Shown here: piece after piece, positions 52,295-62,941 of the stretch
How the letters are laid out: the number at the start of each line of letters is the position of its first letter
How positions within the stretch are numbered: the first letter of the stretch is position 1
NCBI GenBank assembly: GCA_963740315.1
Contig: CAVUDP010000004.1
Location: 832,001-896,000, forward strand
From: an uncultured cyanobacterium
GTDB lineage: Bacteria; Cyanobacteriota; Cyanobacteriia; Cyanobacteriales; Nostocaceae
Direction of reading: 5' to 3'
DNA length: 64,000 nucleotides
Made by a program: the position numbers and the translations under genes
Notes under the pieces: model-generated
The model's input: only the letters and a program-made list of their open reading frames with translations
The model's database searches: none
Told to the model about the DNA's origin: nothing

Positions 52295-52663
52295 ATGAAT
52301 GGAACTTCAAAGCCAAACGAGCAGATACTGAGTGACAGTAAAAACATTCCACAAGAACATAAGCATAATCATACGCACTCAACTCACCCTCACGTCCACA
52401 GCGAAGAGTCTTTACGAAAAATCGTTAATCGGCTATCGCGTATAGAGGGGCATATTAGAGGAATTAAATCTATGGTGCAGCAAAACACTCCTTGTCCCGA
52501 TGTTTTGTTACAAATTGCTGCCGTCAGAGGTGCAATTGATAAGGTAGCGCGGATTGTTTTAGACGAGCATCTAACGGAGTGCGTTGCTAGAGCCGCAAAA
52601 GATGGCAATATTGATGCTGAGATGGAAGAATTAAAGGCGGCTTTAGATAGATTTTTGCCTTAA
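52295..52663 (+). CDS. CsoR/RcnR-family metal-sensing repressor (InrS-like)
   Basis: His-rich N-terminus, RLSRIEGHIRGI, PCPDVLLQIAAV, HLTEC. Confidence 0.88.
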   Translation: MNGTSKPNEQILSDSKNIPQEHKHNHTHSTHPHVHSEESLRKIVNRLSRIEGHIRGIKSMVQQNTPCPDVLLQIAAVRGAIDKVARIVLDEHLTECVARAAKDGNIDAEMEELKAALDRFLP

Positions 52664-52709
52664 AGATAATCATGGGTGTCTATATTTATAATAGTTTAGA
52701 TAAATCTCA

Positions 52710-53516
52710 ATGAGTTTGGAAAACTATAGATTTCATTATTGTTTCAGTGGGAATTCGGATAAACCACTGATTCTTTTTTTGCATGGTTTTATGGGAAACA
52801 GTCGCGAATTTGACGAGCCGATATCTTTATTAACTGATGATTTCAATTGTTTAAATATTGACCTTCCCGGACATGGAAAAACCCAGATTTTGGGCGATGA
52901 TGATTGCTATACAATGGCGAAAACTGCTGATGCTTTAATTAATTTATTGGATGAATTAAAAGTTAAGCATTGCTTTTTAGTCGGATATTCAATGGGGGGA
53001 AGGTTAGCTTTATATTTAACACTTCACTTTCCCCGACGTTTCTATAAAGTTATTTTAGAATCCGCTTCTCCTGGTTTATCGAGGGAAAAAGAAAGATTAG
53101 AAAGAGTAAAACGAGATGGACAAATAGCTCGAAAATTAGCAAGAACTGTTGAAAATGATTTTATAATTTTTCTCGACAATTGGTATAATTTACAAATTTT
53201 TGGCAACATTAAAAAGCATCCAGGATTCGATCGCATGATAGAAAATCGCTTACAAAATAATCCTTTGGAATTAGCTAAATCGCTGCGCTTGATGGGTACG
53301 GGAGTTCAACCATCTTTATGGGAAAATTTACAAAATAATCAAGTTCCTTTACTTTTGTTAGTGGGAGAAAAGGATCGCAAATTTATCGATATAAATAGGA
53401 AAATGATTCAAGTTAATCCGTTATGTAAGTTAAAAATAATTGAAAATGCCGCCCACAATATTCATTTGGAGAATACATTGGTATTTGTGAAAAATATTCG
53501 AGATTTTTTTCATTGA
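52710..53516 (+). CDS. menH: SHCHC synthase (alpha/beta hydrolase)
   Basis: FLHGFMG, DLPGHG, GYSMGGRLAL, ESASPGL, GEKD.KF, HNIH. Confidence 0.85.
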   Translation: MSLENYRFHYCFSGNSDKPLILFLHGFMGNSREFDEPISLLTDDFNCLNIDLPGHGKTQILGDDDCYTMAKTADALINLLDELKVKHCFLVGYSMGGRLALYLTLHFPRRFYKVILESASPGLSREKERLERVKRDGQIARKLARTVENDFIIFLDNWYNLQIFGNIKKHPGFDRMIENRLQNNPLELAKSLRLMGTGVQPSLWENLQNNQVPLLLLVGEKDRKFIDINRKMIQVNPLCKLKIIENAAHNIHLENTLVFVKNIRDFFH

Positions 53517-53528
53517 AGGTACATAGTT

Positions 53529-53828
53529 GTAGGGTGTGTTGTCGCTACAGCGCAACGCACCTCCAAATTATGTATACGAACTAATATTAAAACGGTGCGT
53601 TAGACGCGAAACAGATACATTCTTTTTTTATCCTAATTATTAATCGCGCCGTAACACACCCTACTGTAGTTAAGATGGTGCGTTAGACGCGAAACAGATA
53701 CATTCTTTTTTTTATCCTAATTATTAATCGCGCTGTAACACACCCTACTGTAGTTAAAACGGTGCGTTAGACGCGAAACAGATATATTTTCTTTAAATCC
53801 AAATTATTAATCGCGCCGTAACACACCC
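53529..53828. repeat. GTAG REP-like element plus three tandem 83-84-bp inverted-orientation copies
   Basis: GTAGGGTGTGTTGTCGC..GCGCAACGCACC at 53529; units GGTGCGTTAGACGCGA...TCGCGCCGTAACACACCC at 53594, 53677 and 53761. Confidence 0.85.
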
Positions 53829-53846
53829 GCGCAAGTAACAAACCAA

Positions 53847-54539
53847 TCATTCTTGAACTTTATTTACATTAACGGCATTCAATTCTTCTTTCAAAACTTT
53901 CTGATAAATTCTCGGTAAACTACTACTTACCGAATTAGTTTCTATGCCATATCCCAAACTTGTCCAAGTGGGAGAAAGTGTTTTTAACACCTTATTTATT
54001 TTTCCTTGTCGCAATAACTGAGGAATACTAACTCCCCATTCTTTAGAATCATTCAACCAACTATGAACAACTCTATCTTGATATTCGGGTTCAAAACTAT
54101 AGCTAGCCCAAAACATCATCGGCATTGGCTGTTCGGGATGATAGCGCTGAGCAATTTTATACCAAGTAGTGTTGATAACTTGGTATCTACCAGCAGCTGT
54201 AGAACAATTTCCTTTATTCGGTCCGATGAGAATTGTGACGCATTTTTCCGGATGGCGACTCAAATCGCTAACGTGTTCCCCACGATACAAAATTGAGTAA
54301 GGACGCTTGCTACTAGCTTCACTAGCAGAAATAGTTCGCATCAAAGCACGGATATAAGGATCGCCGCCGGACATGATTAAGGGTGGCTGTCTCTTCTGAA
54401 ATACGGGATCGCTATTCGGTTCTAAACTACCGTGAATATACCACTGAAACATACAGACAAAGGCGAGAAGGGCGGCTACAGGTCCGATAATTTTTTCAAC
54501 GCCTTTGAAATGAAAACCTTTAAAAGTTTGACTCATCAA
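53847..54539 (-). CDS. Membrane-anchored lambda-type lysozyme / lytic transglycosylase-like protein
   Basis: RALMRTISASE, STAAGRYQ...TW, LSPTWTSL; N-terminal TM. Confidence 0.8.
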   Translation of the reverse strand: MMSQTFKGFHFKGVEKIIGPVAALLAFVCMFQWYIHGSLEPNSDPVFQKRQPPLIMSGGDPYIRALMRTISASEASSKRPYSILYRGEHVSDLSRHPEKCVTILIGPNKGNCSTAAGRYQVINTTWYKIAQRYHPEQPMPMMFWASYSFEPEYQDRVVHSWLNDSKEWGVSIPQLLRQGKINKVLKTLSPTWTSLGYGIETNSVSSSLPRIYQKVLKEELNAVNVNKVQE

Positions 54540-54902
54540 TATTAATTAAAATAGCCACATAACAAATAACAACAAAAATAAATCGAACCATTCCGGCAAT
54601 TAATTAAACCGGATTATCAAACAAGTTCAATTTTAGCAACGATTATTTTTGCGTGACTGCGAGATTTTGTTGAGAGAGATGGGGGGATGGGGAGAGGGGG
54701 AGATGAGAGCTCTTGAGGCTCTTGAGGCTCTTGAGGCAGGGGAAGCAATTAATTATTTATTTTCTATTTTCTTCCTCCGCTTCCTCCGCTCCCTCCGCTC
54801 CCTCCGCAATATCATCTCCTAACTCCGTGAGCTATCCCAATTCCCAATGCCCAACTCCTAACTCTTTTAATCCAAAATCTAAAATCCAAAATCTAAAATC
54901 AA

Positions 54903-55562
54903 TCAAGCTACTGCTGCAAATAATTCTTCAAAACTTTTAGCGGCAGCATCTTCTTTTGAAACAATTTCTACAATTTTGTTATGGGAAGCGGGTTCGGAGA
55001 GTGATTCTACACAAACTTGGGCTACCTTTTGACGGGGAATGCTGCCGTCAAACATTGTATCTGCCGATTGCATGACGATGGGATTGCTGTTGTCTTCGTT
55101 TTTCAATCCACCCGGACGTACTATAGTATATGTTAAACCGCTTTTTTGAATGTATTCCTCTGCTTGTTTCTTCCAAACTAAAATTAACCAAAATAAATTT
55201 AGCGGATGGAATAGCTTGGAAGTACACAACGAAGAAACAAATACAAAATGTTCTATTCCTTTGACTTTGGCAGCATCTACCAAATTTTTCGTACCTTCAT
55301 AATCGACTTTATAAGGTCCGGTGGGGTCGAAACTAGGTGCCGCGCCAGTTGCACACAACAACACAGTGCTATCTCCTAAAGCAGCAGACAACGTTTCTGG
55401 TTTCAACACATCACCTTGCACTAAGTCCACATCAGCAGACAAAATACTTTTAGCTTTTTCAATATCTCTAACTAATGCACGAACCGGAATATTACGCGCC
55501 ATCAACTCTTGCACGATGCGTCTTCCCGTCTCACCTGTTGCCCCTGCTACAAACGCTTTCAT
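54903..55562 (-). CDS. NAD(P)-binding atypical SDR (NmrA/Tic62-like)
   Basis: VAGATGETG, VDYEGT, YTIVRPGGL. Confidence 0.88.
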   Translation of the reverse strand: MKAFVAGATGETGRRIVQELMARNIPVRALVRDIEKAKSILSADVDLVQGDVLKPETLSAALGDSTVLLCATGAAPSFDPTGPYKVDYEGTKNLVDAAKVKGIEHFVFVSSLCTSKLFHPLNLFWLILVWKKQAEEYIQKSGLTYTIVRPGGLKNEDNSNPIVMQSADTMFDGSIPRQKVAQVCVESLSEPASHNKIVEIVSKEDAAAKSFEELFAAVA

Positions 55563-55741
55563 GATAATTCTCTGCCACTGGAAACATATATCATTATTCT
55601 TTCTTCTCTATTGTAGAGATTGAGTGAACTTTATTTCAGATTGTTAATGTTTCGATGAACTTACCTTATTGATGCGAAACATCTCATCTAGGATGGGAAC
55701 TATTATTTTAACCAAACTTTAAAGTATACAGGAATGCACTT

Positions 55742-56407
55742 ATGGTTTCAATCAATCGAGAGTTTAAATATAAAGAAAAAAGGGAAACAATTATATCTGT
55801 AGCATCAACTATATCCGATACCCAAGACGTACCGTCTGGGCTAGATTTAGAGGAACAAACTAAATTTTCTTGTACCTTCAGCGACTGCATGGAGTTGTCT
55901 GCATCAGCCCCAATCGTTGCCGAATATTTGAACAATCACTCTGAATGGTTTACTCGTTGCGCTCAGCCGATGAAAGTGCAGCCTTTAGGGGAGAATGGTT
56001 ATGAATTAGTAATTGGTCGTTTTGGCTCTTTTGGTTACGAGGTAGAGCCAAAAATCGGGTTAGAACTTTTACCTCCCCAAGAAGGTATTTACCGTATTCG
56101 CACTATACCCATTCCCGACTATCAACCTGCTGGTTACGATGTAGATTATCGCGCATCGCTACAGCTAGTCGAAAGCCAAAACGAAGATACTCCCATAACC
56201 CAAGTTGAATGGGAACTGTATCTAAATGTTTACGTTCAATTTCCTAAATTTATTAAACGCCTACCACAATCTTTAATTCAAACTACTGGCGATCGCTTAC
56301 TCAATCAAATCGTTCGTCAGGTATCTCGCCTTTTAACACGCAAAGTTCAAGAAAATTTTCATCAATCTTTAGGCATACCTTTTTCCCACAAATCGAAAAA
56401 AGCATGA
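55742..56407 (+). CDS. DUF1997-like protein
   Basis: WFTRCAQPM, FGYEVEPKIGLEL, LPQSLIQTTGDRLL. Confidence 0.7.
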   Translation: MVSINREFKYKEKRETIISVASTISDTQDVPSGLDLEEQTKFSCTFSDCMELSASAPIVAEYLNNHSEWFTRCAQPMKVQPLGENGYELVIGRFGSFGYEVEPKIGLELLPPQEGIYRIRTIPIPDYQPAGYDVDYRASLQLVESQNEDTPITQVEWELYLNVYVQFPKFIKRLPQSLIQTTGDRLLNQIVRQVSRLLTRKVQENFHQSLGIPFSHKSKKA

Positions 56408-56609
56408 GAAACCAAGGATGAAGTATGAAGGATGAAATAAATCTACCTTCATTCTTCACACTTCATACCTTATTTAGTAGTCCACCAAGTCAATGCGGAG
56501 TAATCAACCGCAAACCATCGGTGAATTAAAATTGGAAAACGCGCAAATATTTCCTACTCCCTACTCCCTACTCCCCACCTTTACCCGGCAATTTTGGCTT
56601 GCGAGAGTA

Positions 56610-57080
56610 CTAGGCTTTACTAAGAATTTTTTGCACAATTTGCACGCCACTGATAGCTTGGTATGTAAAAAGCCCTAAAATAGTAAAATTTAACAGAATA
56701 TGAGTCATCCGCGCCCAATTTGCTCCTTTTTGCATAAACGGAGATAAAGAAGCGGAAAAACCAATCAAAGCTGTCATACCCAGTCCAATTAATAGATGGG
56801 GACCGACAAATAATTTACCATTGTTAATATAGGTAACAGCCATCCCACCGATGGAACCCGATACCATCAGCGCTAACAATAAAGAGCCAATTTGAAAGTG
56901 CTTGATATTGTACTTTCCTTTAATCAACTCTTTTTTCTCTTCACCCTGAGCGCTTCTAGTACGCTGTACCTTCAACCCTAAGTAAGCAGCATAAAGACTA
57001 CATAACAATAGCGCCCACATTAATACCGGATGAAAAAATTGCATCCAGTATTTAACTTCTGGCGAAAGTTCTAAATTCAT
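56610..57080 (-). CDS. DUF4079-like membrane protein
   Basis: FHPVLMW, HFQIG, LFVGPHL, RMTH; four TM segments; start placed at ATG 57080. Confidence 0.7.
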   Translation of the reverse strand: MNLELSPEVKYWMQFFHPVLMWALLLCSLYAAYLGLKVQRTRSAQGEEKKELIKGKYNIKHFQIGSLLLALMVSGSIGGMAVTYINNGKLFVGPHLLIGLGMTALIGFSASLSPFMQKGANWARMTHILLNFTILGLFTYQAISGVQIVQKILSKA

Positions 57081-57224
57081 CGTGTTCTCCCCAATACTGA
57101 AATCTTCATAAAAATTAGCATAGCGCGTCGAGGGAATGGGGAGTAGGGGATGGGAAAATGAAAATGGCAATTGGATGAATAGTTAGGACCACCGGAGTGA
57201 GGAGTTAAGAGTTAGGAATTTTTC

Positions 57225-57297
57225 AACAACTAACAATTACAACTAACAACTAACAACTAACAACTAACAACTAACCACTAACCACTAACAACTAACA
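57225..57297. repeat. ACTAACA / ACTAACC STRR array
   Basis: About ten heptamer units abutting the ankyrin ATG. Confidence 0.9.
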
Positions 57298-58575
57298 ATG
57301 AGCAAAAACAATGCTTCGCTACTAGAAGCGGCTAGAAGTGGCGATATCAAAAGGGTGCAAAATTTTTTAAGTACGGGTGCTTCTGCGAGTGTTAACGATA
57401 AAAATGGCACTACGGCATTGATGTTTGCAGCTAATTCTGGCTATACGGAAATTGTCAGAATACTGATAGATTCGGGCGCAAACATTAATTATCAAAGAAA
57501 ACGTTATGGTTTAACGGCTTTAATGTTGGCAAGCGCTGCAAATCAACTTGACATTGTACGCATATTAATATCAAAAGGTGCGGATATAAATGCGGTTAAT
57601 GAAGATGGCAGTACGGCTTTGATGATAGCGGCTCTCAAAGGTTATAGTCCCATAGTGCAAGCAATAGTTAATGCTGGCGCTACCGTAAATATTAAAGATA
57701 AAGACAATGATACAGCTTTACAATTAGCTGTCAAACAAGGACATTCTGCTGTAGTCGAAACTTTACTCAAAGCAGGTGCCGATCTAAATATCCGGGATGA
57801 AGAAGGCGAAACTTTATTAATGTTAGCCGCCGAAAAAGGACATTTGGCAGTAGTTGAGGCTTTATTAGCTGCAAATATTGATGTAAATGCCAAAAACGAC
57901 GATGGAGAAACGGCGTTATTTATAGCTGTAGCGGAGGGATATACTGCCATCGTGGCGACTTTGGTTAATATTGGTGCCGATGTTAACGTCCAAAATAAAG
58001 ATGCAGAAACACCTTTACATATTGCCGTTGTGGAAGGTTTCACCGATGTTATAGAAATACTTATAAATAGTGGTGCGGATGTTGATACTCGAAATAATTT
58101 AGGCGACACACCTATACTTGTCGCAGCTTTACAGGGATATAGCACCATTGTTAAAGCATTATTAAAACAAGGTGCCGATGTAGAGGGGACATTAGAGGAA
58201 ACGCCATTAACTCTGGCGACATTACAAGGAAACGCCGAAACAGTAAAAGTATTGTTAGAACATGGTGCAAATGCAAATATTCAATTAAAAGATGGGAAAA
58301 CCTTATTAATTGAAGCTGCAAAACGTAATTTTAAAACAATAACCCAAGAATTATTAGCGCATGGTGCGGATATCAATATTAAAGATGGAAATAGCGCTAC
58401 AGCATTAATGTGGGCAACATCGCTAGGTTATCTAAAAATAGTAGAAGTCTTGCTAAAAGCTGGTGCGGAAATGAATTTGAAAAATCGAGGTGGTTATACT
58501 GCCTTAATGCTTGCAGAATTCAACGGTTATCCCAGTATTGTCAAAATGTTGAAAGAGAAGGGAGCGCCTGATTAA
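57298..58575 (+). CDS. Ankyrin repeat protein
   Basis: About 12 G-T(A/P)L..A...G...V..LL..GAD repeats. Confidence 0.95.
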   Translation: MSKNNASLLEAARSGDIKRVQNFLSTGASASVNDKNGTTALMFAANSGYTEIVRILIDSGANINYQRKRYGLTALMLASAANQLDIVRILISKGADINAVNEDGSTALMIAALKGYSPIVQAIVNAGATVNIKDKDNDTALQLAVKQGHSAVVETLLKAGADLNIRDEEGETLLMLAAEKGHLAVVEALLAANIDVNAKNDDGETALFIAVAEGYTAIVATLVNIGADVNVQNKDAETPLHIAVVEGFTDVIEILINSGADVDTRNNLGDTPILVAALQGYSTIVKALLKQGADVEGTLEETPLTLATLQGNAETVKVLLEHGANANIQLKDGKTLLIEAAKRNFKTITQELLAHGADINIKDGNSATALMWATSLGYLKIVEVLLKAGAEMNLKNRGGYTALMLAEFNGYPSIVKMLKEKGAPD

Positions 58576-58734
58576 TAAGGATGGGGAGACAAGGGGACAA
58601 TCTTTTTTCTGTGCTTCTTTTGCTCCCTCTGCTTCTCTACTCAACTTATTTAAAATATAAAACTCTTCTGAAATTATAGTTATTTTTAATTAAGTATAAG
58701 ATAGTACGAAGAATTTTATACTAGGAATTATTAA

Positions 58735-60399
58735 ATGAACGCCGATCGCAATTTAGGAGCAACTAGAGATTTACCTTTGTATCCTCCTGAAGATATAGAT
58801 TTAGAACTTTTTAATTCTATCCAAGGTCCCGATTACAAAGAAGGGAAACCTGTAAAAGATATGAAACGATTATTTCACAAACAAGTAATCGTTGATGATG
58901 AAACTTTGTTAGATATCGAAACAATTAAAGTACCGGGTTTTATAGGTATTGCAGATGAGGAAATAGTTACCAATCGAGGAAAAAGCGTTTCGGGACATGA
59001 AGATATTGTCCAGTTTCTCGAAGAATACGGTTTGCTAATTTGCACCTATCAGTACAATAAAGACCGTTACGGTAAAGTAATTGATTTACGTTGGAGTCCC
59101 CAAAGTAATTACGAAATCAATGAATTGATGGAAGTTTTCATCAAAAATGAAGGTCATCATTCTGGTGCAATTGTACCAGCAATTAGAGAAGGTGGAACAA
59201 AAGCTTTTGCATCCTTCAACGAACCAGACATTTATCATAATGGATTGTATGGTGAAAGCGGATTTATAGCAGTAGCCCAAAATTTAGTTTTTCCCGAATT
59301 TGTCACGCAACAACAACAAAGGGGTTACACCGACAGCATTATCTGTTGGATGGCTTTGATGAATCCGTTTGTGAAATTTTCTCAAAATGATTTTAACGGA
59401 GGAGATCCAACTCGCGTTATCGATCGCCCTAGTCTCAAAGAATTTCTCACAAATTGCGCTTTAGCTAGTCTTGGTGATGAAAGTGCGATCGCCTTTTTTA
59501 ACGATCCAGATAATAAAGCTTATTGTTCTGAGTTTGTTTATATCAGCATCAATATTCCGGTTTATCCCTTCAATCTCAAAGGTTTAACTTCATTGTTAAA
59601 TGATGAAGCCAAAGCCAGAGAAATCTTAGCAATTCAAGAAAAACAAAATCGCAGACAAGAGAATATTCTTAGCGATCGCAGTAAAAATCCAGAATTTCAA
59701 GCTTTTAACATCCAGATGCCAGTTGTACCGCAGGATTTACCACCTTTGCACGTACTTATGGCAGAAAATGGAATCAACATAGATGAACAAAGCATTCCTT
59801 TTCCACCTTTCGCACTTTCTCAAATATTGCGTCGCGCTTTCCGCACCTTATTACCGCGTCATAATGACGTTAATAACCCTAAAATTATCGAAGCACAAGT
59901 AAAGCTTTTTGGATATCTAGAACCTTTAATTTTAAAACAATTAGAACTTGATAATCCTTATGGTAGAAGGTTTTCAGAAGAAGCAACCGCACAAAGAGAA
60001 GAGAAAATTAAAGGGGTGCAGGAATTTCTCAACTTTACGCGAGATCGATTGCAACAGAATTATGATAACTACGCCGAACTTGATTTTGTAATAGATAAAA
60101 TTATGCAACAAGCGGATGAGTTAGTAGGTGCGAGTGAAGCGAAATATTTTATTCCACCGCGTATTTATATAGATTTGGGACAAAATGACGGTGATGGTAA
60201 CTTACCTCAAGGTTGGGGATTTAAGTTAAATACTTTAGGCGCAATAATTTATCGAGGTGCAATTAAGGATATTGCTGTAACTCCTCAACCGACTCCAGAG
60301 CCACCTCCAGAAATTCCGGAAACTCCTCCGGAGACTCCCGATACTCCGGAAACGCCTCGGGAGAATAATCCCCCGCGTCGAAAATCTGAAATGAGATGA
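58735..60399 (+). CDS. Hypothetical protein, possible permuted NlpC/P60 (papain-like) enzyme, with Pro/Glu/Thr tail
   Basis: 554-aa ORF; GHHSGAI precedes AYCSEFVY. Confidence 0.6.
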   Translation: MNADRNLGATRDLPLYPPEDIDLELFNSIQGPDYKEGKPVKDMKRLFHKQVIVDDETLLDIETIKVPGFIGIADEEIVTNRGKSVSGHEDIVQFLEEYGLLICTYQYNKDRYGKVIDLRWSPQSNYEINELMEVFIKNEGHHSGAIVPAIREGGTKAFASFNEPDIYHNGLYGESGFIAVAQNLVFPEFVTQQQQRGYTDSIICWMALMNPFVKFSQNDFNGGDPTRVIDRPSLKEFLTNCALASLGDESAIAFFNDPDNKAYCSEFVYISINIPVYPFNLKGLTSLLNDEAKAREILAIQEKQNRRQENILSDRSKNPEFQAFNIQMPVVPQDLPPLHVLMAENGINIDEQSIPFPPFALSQILRRAFRTLLPRHNDVNNPKIIEAQVKLFGYLEPLILKQLELDNPYGRRFSEEATAQREEKIKGVQEFLNFTRDRLQQNYDNYAELDFVIDKIMQQADELVGASEAKYFIPPRIYIDLGQNDGDGNLPQGWGFKLNTLGAIIYRGAIKDIAVTPQPTPEPPPEIPETPPETPDTPETPRENNPPRRKSEMR

Positions 60400-60636
60400 T
60401 TTTCAGTTAAAAATTATTGCTGTAGGGTGTGTTGTCGCAAAGCGCAACGCACCATTAATTTTATTGCATAACTGAATTTGAGAGACGTAAAAATTTATGA
60501 ATGTCGAAATTATTTCCTTCCTTAAAATTACCTATCTCTTTTTTCTTTCCTCTCCTCAGCGTCTCTGCGGTTTTTTTTTAATCAGTATTTTTTAATCAGT
60601 AATAGATAATTGGCATGAGAAAATATTTAAATAATC

Positions 60637-62537
60637 TTGTCAGCTAACAGGAAACCTAAATTGCTCTTCACCGAATTCTCTCCCATCGCCTTTATTGCCA
60701 CTACTCCTACTGGTGCAAAGAAACTTCAACCAATGAGCCAAAGTAACGCTGCTGCAATATGGGTTCCAGAATCCCTATCTGAAATAAATAACGCACAAAA
60801 ATACAAAGATTCTCTGAAAAACCACGTAGCTAATTTGTGGGATAATCATCAAGCTTTTGTCTTCTGTTTGGCTACAGGTGCCGTAGTTAGATTGATTTCA
60901 CCGTTATTAAAAAACAAATCAACCAATCCAGCAGTAGTGGTAGTAGATGAAACTGGAAAATTCGTTATTAGTTTATGTGGGGGGCATCAAGGTGGTGCCG
61001 ATAAATTAGCAAATTTAATTGCTCTACAACTTGGTGCAACAGCAGTTTTAACAGGTGCTTCCAACGGTTTGGAATTACCTGCGGTGGATATATTGGGTGT
61101 CCCCTTCGGATGGTGTCGCGGTGAAGGTGATTGGAATGCGGTTAGTGCAGCAGTAGCTAAAGGCGAAGATGTAGAAGTAATCCAAGAAGCGGGTTCAACC
61201 TTATGGCAAAATTGTTTACCCGAAGCAAATCCTTTTAAATTCAAAGAATCACCAACCGCAAAAGCTAAAATTTATATAACCCATAAATCTTCTCCCCCCT
61301 CTCCCCCTCTCCCCATCTCCCCATCATCCATTGGCATCCCCGAGTCTTATGGGTAGGAATTGGTTGTGAAAGAAATACATCAAAACAGGTAATTGCAGAT
61401 GCGATCGCTAAAGTATTTCAAGAAAATCAATTCGCACTTTCTTCTATAGCAGGAATCTCTACTATTGATATAAAAGCCGATGAAGTTGGTTTAGTAGAAC
61501 TTTGTCGCGAAAGGAATTTACCTTTTAAAACCTTTTCATCCGAAATTCTCCGCACGATAACAGTACCAAATCCTTCCCAGGTTGTGGAAAAAGAAGTGGG
61601 AACCCCAAGCGTTGCCGAAGCTGCTGCAATTGTCGCTGCTAATCAAACGTCTCTAGAAATACCCAAACAAATTTACCGTCCAACCCAAAATCACGCCACT
61701 TGCTTCAACGGAGGGAACCTCCGCAACGCAGTGGCTCAAAAGGGTGCGGTAACGGTTGCAGTTGCCGCTTCGGAAAAAGAATACATCGGTCGCGAAGGTA
61801 AATTACTCCTTGTAGGAACCGGGCCGGGAAACCTCGACCAAATGACCCCAGCGGCACAAATGGCGGTAGCTAGCGCCGATGCAGTTATTGGTTATAACTT
61901 GTATATCGATCTGATTGCTCCTATCCTCGGAAAACACCAAATCATCGAAGCTTTGCCGATTACCAAAGAACGCGATCGCGCAACTCGTGCAATTGAGTTA
62001 GCTTATTGGGGTTTGACTGTAGCAGTTATATCTTCTGGGGATAGTGGAATTTACGGAATGGCTGGTTTGGTGATGGAAGATTTACAAGCTAGCGGTTGGG
62101 ATGGTAAAAGTCCCAGCGTAGAGGTATTTCCGGGAGTTAGCGCCTTTCAATCGGCTGCGGCGCGAGTCGGTACACCTTTGATGCACGATTTTTGTGCTGT
62201 CAGTTTGAGCGATTTGCTTACCCCTTGGGAGGTAATTGTTAAGCGTTTAGAAGCAGCAGCAGCAGCAGATTTTGTCACCGCTTTATATAATCCCAAATCT
62301 AAAACTCGTACTCAACAGTTAGCTGAAGCTAGAGAAATTTTTCTTAAGCACCGCAATCCCGATACCCCAGTAGCAGTAGTGCGATCGGTTTACCGCGAAG
62401 ACGAACAAATTATTATAACTACTTTAGAGAAATTATTAGATGCGCCAGTCGATATGTTAACTACCGTTTTAATTGGGAATCAAAGCACCCGTAGTTACGG
62501 TGAGTGGATGATAACGCCAAGAGGATATAGGAAATAA
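60637..62537 (+). pseudogene. cobJ: Fused CbiG / precorrin-3B C17-methyltransferase; frameshifted at ~61290-61325 (possibly an assembly error)
   Basis: ATGAVVR, GGHQGGA, then in the shifted frame WHPRVLWVGIGCER, GTPSVAEAAA, VGTGPG, SSGDSGIYG, SLSDLLTPW, YNPKS, TPRGY. Confidence 0.85.
61693..61737. repeat. 45-nt structured dispersed repeat inserted in frame in cbiG-cobJ
   Basis: ACGCCACTTGCTTCAACGGAGGGAACCTCCGCAACGCAGTGGCTC with TCA repeated 45 nt apart. Confidence 0.75.
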
Positions 62538-62941
62538 GGTCAATATGCAGGGTAATCAAGGTTCTACGTGCCGACTTTAGTCCTCCAGCCCATTGATATT
62601 AGGACTAAAGTCCCAACTACGAACCTCGCTTTCATTAATGCGATCGACTAGTAGATATTCTTCGCCCCAAACTTTCTAAGACGGATTTTGGATTGTTTTG
62701 AGTTTAAATAAAAAACAATCAATTTTAAGGAACAATTTCTCCCCCGTTAATTAAATTACACAATTCGATAACAATCTTCACTCTATAAATAAGCTTGATA
62801 TCGACTGATTTGAGTATTAAGTAAGTGCTTCTAGCCCGAAGCATCTCTTAATACTTATTGAGTTGTTTCTCATTAATCCCTACAATTAGTAAATTAGGAC
62901 ACAACTTTAAGTGACATTATCTGCTTATTAAGGGGGTTAAG

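Noticed and set aside
53594..53828. Possible CRISPR array
   Set aside because: Would-be spacers are near-identical, the units are long palindromes, and no cas genes are present; REP-like tandem repeat instead.
60400..60640. Cobalamin riboswitch upstream of cbiG-cobJ
   Set aside because: No B12-box-like sequence seen; only a REP-like palindrome and AT-rich DNA.
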